The notes under the pieces were generated by a model. That model had not been told where the DNA came from, searched no databases, and saw only the letters and a list, made by a program, of their open reading frames with translations. Below, piece by piece: positions 19,823 through 29,535 of a stretch of 64,000 nt of DNA. The position numbers and the translations under genes were made by a program. Position 1 is the first letter of the stretch. Each line of letters begins with the position of its first letter. The DNA is from an uncultured Actinomycetota bacterium (lineage in GTDB: Bacteria > Actinomycetota > Actinomycetes > Mycobacteriales > Micromonosporaceae), in the NCBI GenBank assembly GCA_963742715.1, contig CAVUMR010000003.1, positions 320,314 through 384,313 of the forward strand. The letters are read 5' to 3'.

Positions 19823-21370
19823 GTGTCCGAAACCCGCGAGCTTCCGGCCCGGTGGGCTGTCAGGATCGACAGCGTGAGCCCGATACCGGAGTTCGAGACC
19901 TGCTACCGCGCCGTGGCGAGCCGCGACGAACGGTTCGACGGCTGGTTCGTCACGGCGGTCACCTCCACCCACATCTACTGCCGGCCGAGCTGCCCGGCCA
20001 TGACGCCGCAGCGACGCAACGTCCGGTTCTACCCGTCCGCCGCCGCCGCGCAGCGGTCCGGGTTCCGCGCCTGCCTGCGCTGCCGGCCCGACGCCGCGCC
20101 CGGCTCGCCGGACTGGGATGTCCGCGCCGACGTGGTCGGGCGGGCGATGCGGCTGATCGCCGACGGCGAGATCGACCGGGGCGGGGTGCCGGGCCTCGCC
20201 AGCCGGCTCGGGTACACCGAGCGGCACCTGCACCGGATGCTCACCACCGAGGTGGGCGCCGGACCACTCGCACTGGCCCGGGCACAGCGCGCGCAGACCG
20301 CCCGGATCCTGATCGAGACCACCGACCTGGGCCTGGCCGAGATCGCGTTCGCCGCCGGCTTCGGCAGCGTCCGCCAGTTCAACGACACGGTGCGGGAGAT
20401 CTTCGCCCACACTCCGTCCGGGCTACGGACCGCCGCGGCCAGGCGCCGTCGCGGGAACCGGCCGGCCGAGACCGGTACCGGGTGGACCACGATCACGCTG
20501 CGACTGGCGTACCGGCCACCCCTGGACGCGCCGGTGCTGCTGGAGTTTCTCGCCGCGCGCGCGTTGCCCGGTGTGGAAGAGGTCGCGGACGGGGCCTACC
20601 GGCGCGCACTGCGGCTGCCGCACGGCTTCGGCGTCGCGGCCATCCGCCCGCTGCCCGAGCACGTCGAGGCCACGCTCCGCCTGGCCGACCTGCGCGATCT
20701 CGGGCCGGCGGTGGCCCGGTGCCGGCGACTGTTCGACCTGGACGCGGATCCGACCGCCGTCGACGCGGTACTCGCCGCCGATCCGGCACTCGCCGCCGAG
20801 GTCGCCAAGCATCCGGGGGTACGGCTCCCCCGTACCGTGGACGGCTTTGAAATGGTCTGCCGCGCGATCGTGGGTCAGCAGATCTCGGTGGCCGCGGTAC
20901 GCACCGTCCTGTCACGGCTGGCGATAGCCGCGGGCGACGCGCTGCCGGCCGCGGACGGCACACTCACCCACACGTTCCCGAGCGCGGAAGCGGTCGCCGG
21001 GGCACCGGACGAGCTGCTGCCGATGCCGGCCGCCCGTCGGACCTCGCTCCGTACGGTCGCCGCCATGGTGGCCGCCGGTGACCTGCCGCTCGACGGCGGC
21101 GCGGACCGGTCCGAGGTGACCGCGGCACTGCTCGCCGTACCCGGCGTCGGGCCGTGGACCGCCGACTATGTCGCGCTCCGGGCGCTCGGCGACCCGGACG
21201 TGTTCCTACCGACCGACCTGGGCGTACGTAAGGGCGCGGCCGCGCTCGGGATACCGGACCGGCCCGCTGACCTGTCCGACCGGGCGCAAGCCTGGCGACC
21301 GTGGCGGTCGTACGCCGTGATCCGGCTCTGGCGGCACGCCGCCGCCCGCATCAGTACCAATGGAGGCTGA
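19823..21370 (+). CDS. alkA: Ada-AlkA fusion: Ada Zn-finger/AraC regulatory domain plus DNA-3-methyladenine glycosylase II
   Basis: Ada Cys cluster (YCRPSCPA...FRACLRCRP), AraC HTH (LAEIAFAAGFGSVRQFNDTVRE), and the HhH-GPD region (VPGVGPWTADYVALRALGDPDVFLPTDLG). The start could be GTG 19874 instead. Confidence 0.85.
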   Translation: MSETRELPARWAVRIDSVSPIPEFETCYRAVASRDERFDGWFVTAVTSTHIYCRPSCPAMTPQRRNVRFYPSAAAAQRSGFRACLRCRPDAAPGSPDWDVRADVVGRAMRLIADGEIDRGGVPGLASRLGYTERHLHRMLTTEVGAGPLALARAQRAQTARILIETTDLGLAEIAFAAGFGSVRQFNDTVREIFAHTPSGLRTAAARRRRGNRPAETGTGWTTITLRLAYRPPLDAPVLLEFLAARALPGVEEVADGAYRRALRLPHGFGVAAIRPLPEHVEATLRLADLRDLGPAVARCRRLFDLDADPTAVDAVLAADPALAAEVAKHPGVRLPRTVDGFEMVCRAIVGQQISVAAVRTVLSRLAIAAGDALPAADGTLTHTFPSAEAVAGAPDELLPMPAARRTSLRTVAAMVAAGDLPLDGGADRSEVTAALLAVPGVGPWTADYVALRALGDPDVFLPTDLGVRKGAAALGIPDRPADLSDRAQAWRPWRSYAVIRLWRHAAARISTNGG

Positions 21371-21872
21371 CGTGATGTACCGCACGACCGTACCTACGCC
21401 CATCGGACCGTTCACGATTCTCGCCACCGACGACGAGGTGCTGGCCAGCGGCTGGACCGACGAGCTCGACGCGCTGCTCCCGCTGGTACACCCGAGCCTG
21501 CGATCGACCACGACGCCGGTCGAGCGGGCCGACCTCGGTGAGTTCAGCCGGGCCGTGCTCCACTACCACGACGGCGACCTCGGTGCCATCGACGGAATCC
21601 CGGTACGACAGGTGTCCGGCGAGTTCCTGGTGCACTCGTGGGACGTGCTGCGCAAGGTGCCGCCCGGGCAGCCGGTCAGCTACACCGAGTACGCCGCGCT
21701 GGCCGGCCGCCCGGCCGCGGTCCGGGCCGCCGCCGGCGCCTGCGCCCGCAACGCGGCCGCGCTGTTCGTGCCGTGCCACCGGGTGCTCCGCTCGGACGGC
21801 AGCCTCGGCGGGTTCCGCTGGGGCACCCCGGTCAAGCGCTGGCTGCTCGACCACGAAGCGGCCGCTCACTAG
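21360..21872 (+). CDS. ogt: methylated-DNA-protein-cysteine methyltransferase
   Basis: Active-site PCHRV (VPCHRVLRSDGSLGGFRWG). Overlaps the alkA stop. ATG 21375 is an alternative start. Confidence 0.85.
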   Translation: MEADVMYRTTVPTPIGPFTILATDDEVLASGWTDELDALLPLVHPSLRSTTTPVERADLGEFSRAVLHYHDGDLGAIDGIPVRQVSGEFLVHSWDVLRKVPPGQPVSYTEYAALAGRPAAVRAAAGACARNAAALFVPCHRVLRSDGSLGGFRWGTPVKRWLLDHEAAAH

Positions 21873-21927
21873 CCCCGGCGCCCGTCACGAGCCTCACCGC
21901 CCGGCTCGCGCTTGACCTCAACCCGAC

Positions 21928-23901
21928 TTGACGTTGCAGGCTCGGCGGCATGGACGACGCGTTCAGTGTGCGGAAATTGACAAGAGTTCTGTCGGTGTCG
22001 GCGGTTACGGTCAGGTAGTGCCGTCACATGATTCCGCCTCCCCGCAAAGTGAGACACAACCAGCCGAAACACAGCCTGTCGACGAACCCGGCAAACCACT
22101 CGAATCGACCGCCCCGGTGGCGCCGGTGAAACCCCGACCGCACGCCCTGCACAACCTCTGGCGGCTGCGCCACTACCTCCGGCCGTACGCGGGACAGATG
22201 GTCACCATGCTGGTGGCCGGCGGCGGCGCGGTGGGCACCAGCATCGTGGTGCCGCTGGTGTTCGGCAAGGTCATCGACGGGCCGATCAAGCACGGCGACG
22301 AGGCCGGCCTTCCGCTGTTCGGCCTGATCGCGCTCGCACTGGGGCTGGCCGAGGCCGGCCTGATCTTCGTCCGCCGGTGGATCCAGTCGAACGCCTCGCT
22401 GGGCATGGAGGCGTCCATCCGGGACGACCTGTACGCGCACATGCAGCGGCTCCCGATCGCCTTCCACGACCGCTGGCAGTCCGGCCAGCTGCTGTCCAGG
22501 GTCACCACCGACCTGAGCGTGATCCGCCGGTTCCTCTCGTTCGGACTGCTCTTCCTGCTCATCAACATCTCGACCTACGCGGTCGTGGTGGCGCTGCTGA
22601 TCCACCTGTACTGGCCGCTCGGCCTGCTCGTCGCGGTGAGCGCCGTACCGCTGGTGCTGCTGTCCCGCAGCTTCGCCCGGCGGTACCTGATCATGTCCCG
22701 GGTGATGCAGGACCAGCAGGGCGACCTGGCCACCCTGATCGAGGAGTCCGCACACGGAATCCGGGTCACCCGCGCGTTCGGCCGGCGGCGGTTCCTCAAC
22801 CGCCGGTTCGCCGGCGACGCGCGCACGCTGCACGACACCGCGGTCACCAAGGCTCGCCTGGTCGCCAGGTTCTGGGCGCTGTTCGACCTGGTACCGACGC
22901 TGAACCTGGGGACCATCGTGGTGGTCGGCGCGATCGCGGTGAGCCGTGACCGGTTGACCCTGGGTGAGCTGGTCGCCTTCGTATCGCTCCAGCTGATGCT
23001 GATCTGGCCGGTCGAGGCGCTCGGCTGGATCCTCGCCAACGGGCAGGAGGCGATGACCGCGGCCGACCGGGTGTACGACGTGTTCGACACCGAGCCGTCG
23101 ATCGTCGACCGGCCGGGCGCGACCGTGGCCAGCCGGGACTCGATCCGCGGCCACGTCACCTTCGAACGGGTGGGCTTCCGGTACCCCGACTCGGACGCCG
23201 AGATACTGCACGAGGTCGACCTGGAGGTACGACCGGGCGAGACGCTCGCCGTGGTCGGTGTGACCGGCTCCGGCAAGACCACGATGGTCTCCCTCGTGCC
23301 GCGGCTGTACGACGTGACCGCCGGCACCGTGCGGTTGGACGGCCGCGATGTCCGCGACTACACGCTCGACTCGCTGCGCACCGTGGTGTGTACCGCGTTC
23401 GAGGAGCCGACCCTGTTCTCCATGAGCGTGCGGGAGAACCTCACCCTCGGCCGCCCGGACGCGAGCGACGGCGACATCGCCGAGGCGCTGCGGGTGTCCC
23501 AGGCCGAGTTCGTGTACGACCTGCCCTGGGGGCTGGACACCCGGGTCGGTGAGCAGGGCCTGTCGCTTTCCGGCGGCCAGCGACAGCGACTCGCGCTGGC
23601 CCGGGCCGTGGTCGTACGACCGAAGGTGCTGGTCCTCGACGACCCGCTGTCCGCGCTGGACGTACACACCGAGGCGCTGGTGGAGGAGGCGCTGGCGCGG
23701 GTGCTCGCCGGTACCACCGCGCTGCTGGTGGTACACCGGCCGTCCACGGTCGCGCTGGCCGACCGGGTGGCGCTGCTGTCCGGCGGTCGGATCAGCGCGA
23801 TCGGTACCCACTCCGAACTGCTGGCCACCGTGCCGGAGTACCGCGCGGTGCTGTCCCAGTCCGCCGACGAACTCTCCGGACAGGGGGTGGCCGCCCGATG
23901 A
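21928..23901 (+). CDS. ABC exporter, fused permease/ATPase (heterodimer half 1)
   Basis: 6-TM domain followed by an NBD (GVTGSGKTT, LSGGQRQRLALARA, LVLDDPLSALD). The track start at 21928 is TTG. GTG 22018 is a plausible alternative because 21960-22017 is AT-richer and looks non-coding. Confidence 0.85.
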   Translation: MTLQARRHGRRVQCAEIDKSSVGVGGYGQVVPSHDSASPQSETQPAETQPVDEPGKPLESTAPVAPVKPRPHALHNLWRLRHYLRPYAGQMVTMLVAGGGAVGTSIVVPLVFGKVIDGPIKHGDEAGLPLFGLIALALGLAEAGLIFVRRWIQSNASLGMEASIRDDLYAHMQRLPIAFHDRWQSGQLLSRVTTDLSVIRRFLSFGLLFLLINISTYAVVVALLIHLYWPLGLLVAVSAVPLVLLSRSFARRYLIMSRVMQDQQGDLATLIEESAHGIRVTRAFGRRRFLNRRFAGDARTLHDTAVTKARLVARFWALFDLVPTLNLGTIVVVGAIAVSRDRLTLGELVAFVSLQLMLIWPVEALGWILANGQEAMTAADRVYDVFDTEPSIVDRPGATVASRDSIRGHVTFERVGFRYPDSDAEILHEVDLEVRPGETLAVVGVTGSGKTTMVSLVPRLYDVTAGTVRLDGRDVRDYTLDSLRTVVCTAFEEPTLFSMSVRENLTLGRPDASDGDIAEALRVSQAEFVYDLPWGLDTRVGEQGLSLSGGQRQRLALARAVVVRPKVLVLDDPLSALDVHTEALVEEALARVLAGTTALLVVHRPSTVALADRVALLSGGRISAIGTHSELLATVPEYRAVLSQSADELSGQGVAAR

Positions 23902-25886
23902 ACGTCGAGCCGCAGACCCGGGCACCGGCGCCCGACCCGCGCATCCCCGGTTCGGACGCGTACCCGCCCGGTGGCCCGCGCCGGGCCGACGGGAGCCGGC
24001 GCGAGCCGGGCCGGTCCGAGCGGTACGACTGGATGAACGGCGGCGACGGTATCGACGTCACCGCCTGGCGTGGCCTGGCCGCCGAGGAGGATGCCGAACG
24101 CTCCGCCGCCGAAGGCCCCGGGCAGTCCGCACAGCTGCGGTTGCGCTCGCACAGCCGGCGGCTGCTCGGCTCGCTGCTGCGGCCACACCGCCGGCTGCTC
24201 GGCTGGGCCGTGTTCCTGCTGCTGGTGCAGAACGCCGCCGGCATGGCCGGGCCGTACCTGGTCCAGCAGGGCATCGACCGGGGCATCCCGCCGATCGTCG
24301 CGAACGACGACTACAGCACGCTGTTCGTCATCGGCGTGGTGTTCGCGGTCGCCGCCCTCACCGAGTACCTGACCAAGCGCGGCTTCCTCGTGGCCAGCGG
24401 CCGGATCGGCCAGGGCCTGCTGCTCGACCTGCGCAAGCGGGTGTTCGACCACTTCCAGCGGCTGTCGCTGGCGTTCCACGAGCGGTACACCTCCGGCCGG
24501 ATGATCTCCCGGCTGACCTCCGACATGGACGCGATCGGCGAACTGGTCGACGGCGGGATCGACGACCTGGTACTGGCCGGGCTGTCGGTGGTCAGCGTCG
24601 CCGGCATCCTGCTCGTCCTGGACTGGCCGTTGGCGCTGGTCACGCTGTTGTGCTTCCCGTTCCTGCTGTGGCTCTCGGCCTGGTTCCGGCGCAACTCCGC
24701 GATCGCGTACCGGCGCACCCGGGAGGCCGTCGCGCTGGTCATCGTGCACTTCGTCGAATCCCTCGGTGGGGTACGCGCGGTCCAGGCGTTCCGCCGCGAG
24801 CCCCGCAACCAGGAGATCTTCGAGGCCGTCAACAACCGGTACATGCGGGCCAACCGCACCGCGTTCCGGCTCATCGCGATCTTCTCGCCGGGCATCAAGG
24901 TGATCGGCAACGTGACCGTCGCGGTGGTACTGACCTACGGCGGCTGGCGGGTCATGCACGGCCAGACCGAGGTCGGCGTACTGGCCGCGTTCGTGCTGTA
25001 CCTGCGCCGGTTCTTCGAGCCGATGCAGGACCTGTCGATGTTCTACAACTCGCTGCAGTCGGCGACCGCGGCGCTGGAGAAGCTGGCCGGCGTACTCGAC
25101 GAGAAGCCCGGGGTGCCGGAGCCGGCGCGACCGCGGCCGCTGCCGGCCGCCCGCGGCGAGCTGCGCTTCGAGCACACCCAGTTCGGGTACCGCGAGGACC
25201 TGCTGGTGCTGCCCCGGCTCGACCTCACGATCCCGGCCGGGCAGACCCTCGCGGTCGTCGGTGCCACCGGTGCCGGCAAGACCACGATCGCCAAGCTGGT
25301 CGCCCGGTTCTACGACCCGACCGGCGGTACCGTCCGACTCGACGGGATCGACCTGCGCGAACTGGCCGAGGACGACCTGCGCCGGGCCGTGGTGATGGTG
25401 ACCCAGGAGAACTTCCTGTTCTCCGGCACGGTCGCGGAGAACATCGAGTTCGGCCGGCCCGGCGCGAGCCGGGAGGAGATCGAGCGGGCCGCCCGGGCGA
25501 TCGGCGCGCACGAGTTCATCACGGCACTCCCGCTCGGGTACGACACCGAGGTGCGCAAGCGCGGTGGTCGGCTGTCCGCCGGCCAGCGCCAGCTCGTCGC
25601 GTTCGCCCGGGCCTTCCTGGCCGATCCCGCGGTACTGATCCTGGACGAGGCGACCAGCTCACTGGACATCCCGAGCGAACGACTCGTACAGCGGGCGCTG
25701 CGCACGATCCTGTCCGAACGGACCGCGATCGTGATCGCGCACCGGTTGTCCACAGTGGAGATCGCGGACCGGGTACTGGTGCTCGACTCCGGCGAGATCG
25801 TTGAGGACGGTACGCCGGAGCAGCTGATCGGCGGCGGCGGCCGGTACGCCACCCTGCACCAGCAATGGGCCGACAGCCTGGTCTGA
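23898..25886 (+). CDS. ABC exporter, fused permease/ATPase (heterodimer half 2)
   Basis: Its ATG overlaps the upstream stop (ATGA). NBD motifs GATGAGKTT, LSAGQRQLVAFARA and LILDEATSSLD. Confidence 0.9.
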   Translation: MNVEPQTRAPAPDPRIPGSDAYPPGGPRRADGSRREPGRSERYDWMNGGDGIDVTAWRGLAAEEDAERSAAEGPGQSAQLRLRSHSRRLLGSLLRPHRRLLGWAVFLLLVQNAAGMAGPYLVQQGIDRGIPPIVANDDYSTLFVIGVVFAVAALTEYLTKRGFLVASGRIGQGLLLDLRKRVFDHFQRLSLAFHERYTSGRMISRLTSDMDAIGELVDGGIDDLVLAGLSVVSVAGILLVLDWPLALVTLLCFPFLLWLSAWFRRNSAIAYRRTREAVALVIVHFVESLGGVRAVQAFRREPRNQEIFEAVNNRYMRANRTAFRLIAIFSPGIKVIGNVTVAVVLTYGGWRVMHGQTEVGVLAAFVLYLRRFFEPMQDLSMFYNSLQSATAALEKLAGVLDEKPGVPEPARPRPLPAARGELRFEHTQFGYREDLLVLPRLDLTIPAGQTLAVVGATGAGKTTIAKLVARFYDPTGGTVRLDGIDLRELAEDDLRRAVVMVTQENFLFSGTVAENIEFGRPGASREEIERAARAIGAHEFITALPLGYDTEVRKRGGRLSAGQRQLVAFARAFLADPAVLILDEATSSLDIPSERLVQRALRTILSERTAIVIAHRLSTVEIADRVLVLDSGEIVEDGTPEQLIGGGGRYATLHQQWADSLV

Positions 25887-25888
25887 CG

Positions 25889-25911
25889 GACGACGGCCGG
25901 GCCGCGTCGTC
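25889..25911 (+). terminator. possible terminator hairpin after the ABC exporter genes
   Basis: GACGACG-gccgggccg-CGTCGTC begins 3 nt after the stop. More GC hairpins follow in this convergent gap. Confidence 0.3.
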
Positions 25912-26023
25912 GTGGCTCCGGCCGGCGCCCCGGCGGCGCCGGACGAAGGCTGGACCCGACCGCGTCGGCCGGGCGGCTGGAACCGGCCGCGCCTTCCGGA
26001 AAGGCCGGCGCCGGCCGCGACGC

Positions 26024-26389
26024 TCAGTCGGACTCGGTGAGCGTGAACACCTGCTCGAGGTTGGTGAGCCGGAGCAGGTGCCGCAACGTGGGCCGTACCT
26101 TCGTAAGCACCAGCGGTTTGCCGGTCACCAGCCGCGCCTTGTGCAGCGCGATCAGCGCACCCAGGCCGCTGGAGTCGCAGAACCCGACCCCGGACAGGTC
26201 GAGGACGAGCCGGCCGACGTCCGGGTCCGAGGCCGGATCGAGCAGCTTCTCCCGGATGTCCCCGGCGGTGTGGTAGTCGATCTGACCGGCGATCGCGGCG
26301 ATCAGGTCAGGTCCGTCGGCGCGGGTGTCGATGGACAGCTCGAGCTGCTCGCCATCCGCGTCGACCGCATAGCCAGGATCGCTGGTCAT
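26024..26389 (-). CDS. STAS-domain anti-sigma-factor antagonist
   Basis: ATG 26389 with a GGGAGAAG SD. It is 121 aa. [18 protein letters not shown] contains the phosphorylatable Ser context of SpoIIAA/RsbV-type proteins. Confidence 0.85.
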   Translation of the reverse strand: MTSDPGYAVDADGEQLELSIDTRADGPDLIAAIAGQIDYHTAGDIREKLLDPASDPDVGRLVLDLSGVGFCDSSGLGALIALHKARLVTGKPLVLTKVRPTLRHLLRLTNLEQVFTLTESD

Positions 26390-29202
26390 CGCTTCTCCCG
26401 CCCCGAGTCGGTATGCCGCACCCCACCGGTCAACCCGTCCAGTATCGGGTCGCCCCTGGATTCCACGGCGGCCTCGTCGATCTCCGCCCACACCAACTTG
26501 CCGTCCGGCTGGATGCGGGCACCCCAACGACTGGCGATGGACTGTACGACCAGCAGTCCCCGATGGTTCTCGTCCTGGTCGCTCGCCGACACCAGCCGCG
26601 GCAGCCGCACGTCGTAGTCGGTCACGTCCACGCCGAGCGCCTCACCGAGCCGGTACAGCCGCAGCCGCAGCTTGGTACCGGCGTGCTGGATCGCGTTGGC
26701 CACCAACTCGTCGGCGACCGCGGCGGCCGACCAGGCGAAGCCGGGCATGCCCCAGCGGCTGAGCGTGTCCGCGGTGAAGCGCCTGGCCACGCCCACCGAC
26801 CTCGACGTCGGCTCCAACCAGATGCTCGCGCTGCGCGGCGCCCCGGCTCGGGCGGTACGCGCGAACAGCACCGCGGTGTCGTCGTGCGCGTCGCCGTCGA
26901 TCAACTGGTCGATCAGCTCGTCCCCGCTGATGGTCGGAGGCTCCGAGTCGACCGCGCCGGCGAGCGTACGGAGCTGGTCGGCCAGCCGCGCCATCCCGGC
27001 CTCGACCGCCCGGCCGTGCCGTTCGATCAGGCCGTCGGTGTAGAGCAGCAGCGCCTCACCGGGCTTGAACGGAAGCTCGCAGGAGGTGAACGGGACGTCG
27101 CCGACGCCGAGCGGCGGACCCAGCCGGTCCTCACAGAACCGCACCTCGCCGTCGGTACCGAGGAGCACCGGCGGCAGGTGCCCGGCGTTCGCCATGACCA
27201 GGGTCTGCTCGATCGGATCGTGTACGGCGTACACACAGGTGGCCATCTGCAGCCCCGGCAACGACTCGACCAGGTCGTCCAGCTGCCGCATGATCCGGGT
27301 CGGCGCCAGGTCCATCGCGGCGTACGCGCGTACCGCCGTGCGCAGCTGGCCCATCACCGCGGCCGCGCGGATGCCCTTGCCCATCACGTCACCGACCACG
27401 AAAGCGGTACGGCCGGCCGGCAGCGAGATCACGTCGACCCAGTCGCCGCCCACGTGCAGCCCACGGGCGCCGGGAATGTACCGGGAGGCGAGATCCACTC
27501 CCGCGACGGTCGGCAGCTTGGGCAACAGGCTGCGCTGCAGTTCGAGTGCGGCGTCCCGCTCCCGCCGGTACAGGCCCGCGTTGTCCAGCGCGATCGCCGC
27601 GTGTACGGCCACTCCGGCGGCCAGCCGCTCGTGCCGCTCGGTGAACACGTCGGTGTCGGGGTGCCCGAAGAAGAACCCGCCGAGCACCTCACCGGACGGG
27701 CTGATCACCGGTACCGCCAGATAGCTCACCACCGGGAGGTGCCCGGGCGGCGTCCCGTAGTACGGGTCGTTCTTGCCGTACCGGCGGTCGAGCCGGATGT
27801 CGGCGGACCGCACGATGCCGCTACCGCTGAACGTCGCGTCGAACACCTCGGTGTTGCGCGGCATCGGAAACTTCGAGAACGCCTCGAGCGGAGCGCCGGA
27901 CAGCGTGTAGAGCATGTACGACTCGCCGGCGTTGTCGATCACGTTGTAGAAGAACGAGCCGAACGCGGCCCCGGTCAGTCGGGTCGCCGCGTCGGTGGCG
28001 TGCTGTACCAGCCGTTCGAGATCCAGTTCGGCGGACAGCTGGGTGCCCACGTCGTACAGGGTCTCCACCACGGACGCCTGCTCGCGCAGCCGGCGCTCGG
28101 AGCCGATCAGCTCGTCCCGGGTACGGCTGAGGTCGTCGACCGCCTGTTCCAGCCGGAACGCCTGCTCCCCGCAGGTCGCCTCCAGTACCTGGACGAGGTC
28201 GGTCAGCGCCTCCTCACGGGCCGTTCGGGCGAGCCGGACCGTATCCGGCCTCGCGCCGCCGCCAGTCACCGGCGAAGGGAGCACGGCCGGCCCCGACGGT
28301 GCGGCCGAGCCGCCGTTGGTGGGTCCGGGCATGGCCTCCAGCAGGCCCAACCGGGCGTTCACCGCGACCGCCCGGAACTGCGCGGCCGCGGCGGCGGGTA
28401 CCGCCACCCGGCAGAAGATCAGGACGACGAAGAACTCGTTGTCCGGCAGCGCGCCACCGAAGCCGATCACGGACCGGATGCCCCGGTCGGCCACGAAACC
28501 CTGCCCGGGTACCTGCGGGCTGCCGACCGCGTCGGCGACGTGGAAGACCCCGAAGTTGGCCGGCTGGTCGGCCGGCTCCCCGCTGACCGCTGCCGGGAGA
28601 TCGACCCCGAGCGCGTCGAGCAGCGCGGACGCGAGCGGAGCCATCTGTACCGCGTCGACGCTGGGCAGCGGAATCGTCCGGTGCCGCCGTGCGTTCGCCG
28701 GATCCGACCAATCCGGATCCTCTCCGGCGGAGCCGAGCAGGGACAGGCAACGCAGGTCCGGCCGTACCTGCTCGGCGGGCAGGCTCTGACGCACCTGGTC
28801 CCGCGCATCCGCGGCGAGGTGTTCGTACCGGCTGCTGACGTAGAGCCGGACCAGCACGCAGGCCGGGTCACCGGCCGGGTCGGACAGGGTGTCCCGCAGG
28901 TACCGGGTCACGGCGGCGGCTCCGGCCGGCAACGTCGAGGCGGATCGCGCGGCCTCCCGCACGCCGGCCCCGCAGGCGACCGTGTCGGACAGCGAGAACG
29001 AGGCGATGTCGAACGTACGCGGACCGGTCGGTCGAGGCGCCCCCGCCGTTTCGCCGGCCACGCTGAACCCCGCCGCGGCGGTGCCCGCCGCACCAGCTGT
29101 GTCGTCCATCGCGGGGGTGTCGTCCATCGCGGGGGTGTCGTCCATCGCGGGGGTGTCGTCCATCGCGGGGGTATGGACGACACCCGGATCCCCGACCGAC
29201 AT
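26386..29202 (-). CDS. multidomain regulator: unknown N-terminal domain, GAF, PP2C/SpoIIE phosphatase, RsbW-like HATPase_c kinase
   Basis: In-frame ATG at 29202; the longer track ORF runs into valS on the other strand. GAF region ([18 protein letters not shown]...), PP2C motifs ([31 protein letters not shown]) and kinase motifs ([19 protein letters not shown]). Confidence 0.85.
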   Translation of the reverse strand: MSVGDPGVVHTPAMDDTPAMDDTPAMDDTPAMDDTAGAAGTAAAGFSVAGETAGAPRPTGPRTFDIASFSLSDTVACGAGVREAARSASTLPAGAAAVTRYLRDTLSDPAGDPACVLVRLYVSSRYEHLAADARDQVRQSLPAEQVRPDLRCLSLLGSAGEDPDWSDPANARRHRTIPLPSVDAVQMAPLASALLDALGVDLPAAVSGEPADQPANFGVFHVADAVGSPQVPGQGFVADRGIRSVIGFGGALPDNEFFVVLIFCRVAVPAAAAAQFRAVAVNARLGLLEAMPGPTNGGSAAPSGPAVLPSPVTGGGARPDTVRLARTAREEALTDLVQVLEATCGEQAFRLEQAVDDLSRTRDELIGSERRLREQASVVETLYDVGTQLSAELDLERLVQHATDAATRLTGAAFGSFFYNVIDNAGESYMLYTLSGAPLEAFSKFPMPRNTEVFDATFSGSGIVRSADIRLDRRYGKNDPYYGTPPGHLPVVSYLAVPVISPSGEVLGGFFFGHPDTDVFTERHERLAAGVAVHAAIALDNAGLYRRERDAALELQRSLLPKLPTVAGVDLASRYIPGARGLHVGGDWVDVISLPAGRTAFVVGDVMGKGIRAAAVMGQLRTAVRAYAAMDLAPTRIMRQLDDLVESLPGLQMATCVYAVHDPIEQTLVMANAGHLPPVLLGTDGEVRFCEDRLGPPLGVGDVPFTSCELPFKPGEALLLYTDGLIERHGRAVEAGMARLADQLRTLAGAVDSEPPTISGDELIDQLIDGDAHDDTAVLFARTARAGAPRSASIWLEPTSRSVGVARRFTADTLSRWGMPGFAWSAAAVADELVANAIQHAGTKLRLRLYRLGEALGVDVTDYDVRLPRLVSASDQDENHRGLLVVQSIASRWGARIQPDGKLVWAEIDEAAVESRGDPILDGLTGGVRHTDSGREKR
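29099..29170 (-). repeat. 18-nt in-frame tandem repeat x4 near the 5' end of the PP2C gene
   Basis: GTGTCGTCCATCGCGGGG occurs four times contiguously on the + strand and encodes (TPAMDD)x4. Confidence 0.9.
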
Positions 29203-29535
29203 CGGGCACGCCACCCTTCCCGGCAATGTGGCGCCCGGGCGGCAGTCCCAGCCCCGAGGGAGGGTGGTCCACCGCCACGCCACGGGAGCCGTGTGCCGGC
29301 TCGCGCACCCCGACCCCGAGGAGCGGGCCGGTAGTCGCACACTAACTGATGGAAAGCCACACGGGGATGGCTGAATCGGCGCCGGACCGCCTGCGCCACG
29401 ACCCTCGACCCGGCACCAGTTGTCCCCTTCTGTGGGGTTCCCTCCCGGGTTCTGACCTGCCCGGATCCGATCTAAAGCGGTCGTGTCCGCACAGATCGCT
29501 TCGTAGCATCGCCCCAGGCGACCCGGGAGAGGCCC

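Noticed and set aside
21977-22011. TTGACA (21977-21982) and TACGGT (22006-22011) as a promoter giving a leaderless GTG-22018 start for the first ABC exporter gene.
   Set aside because: The 23-nt spacer is too long for a standard sigma-70-type promoter. I kept it only as a note supporting an alternative start.
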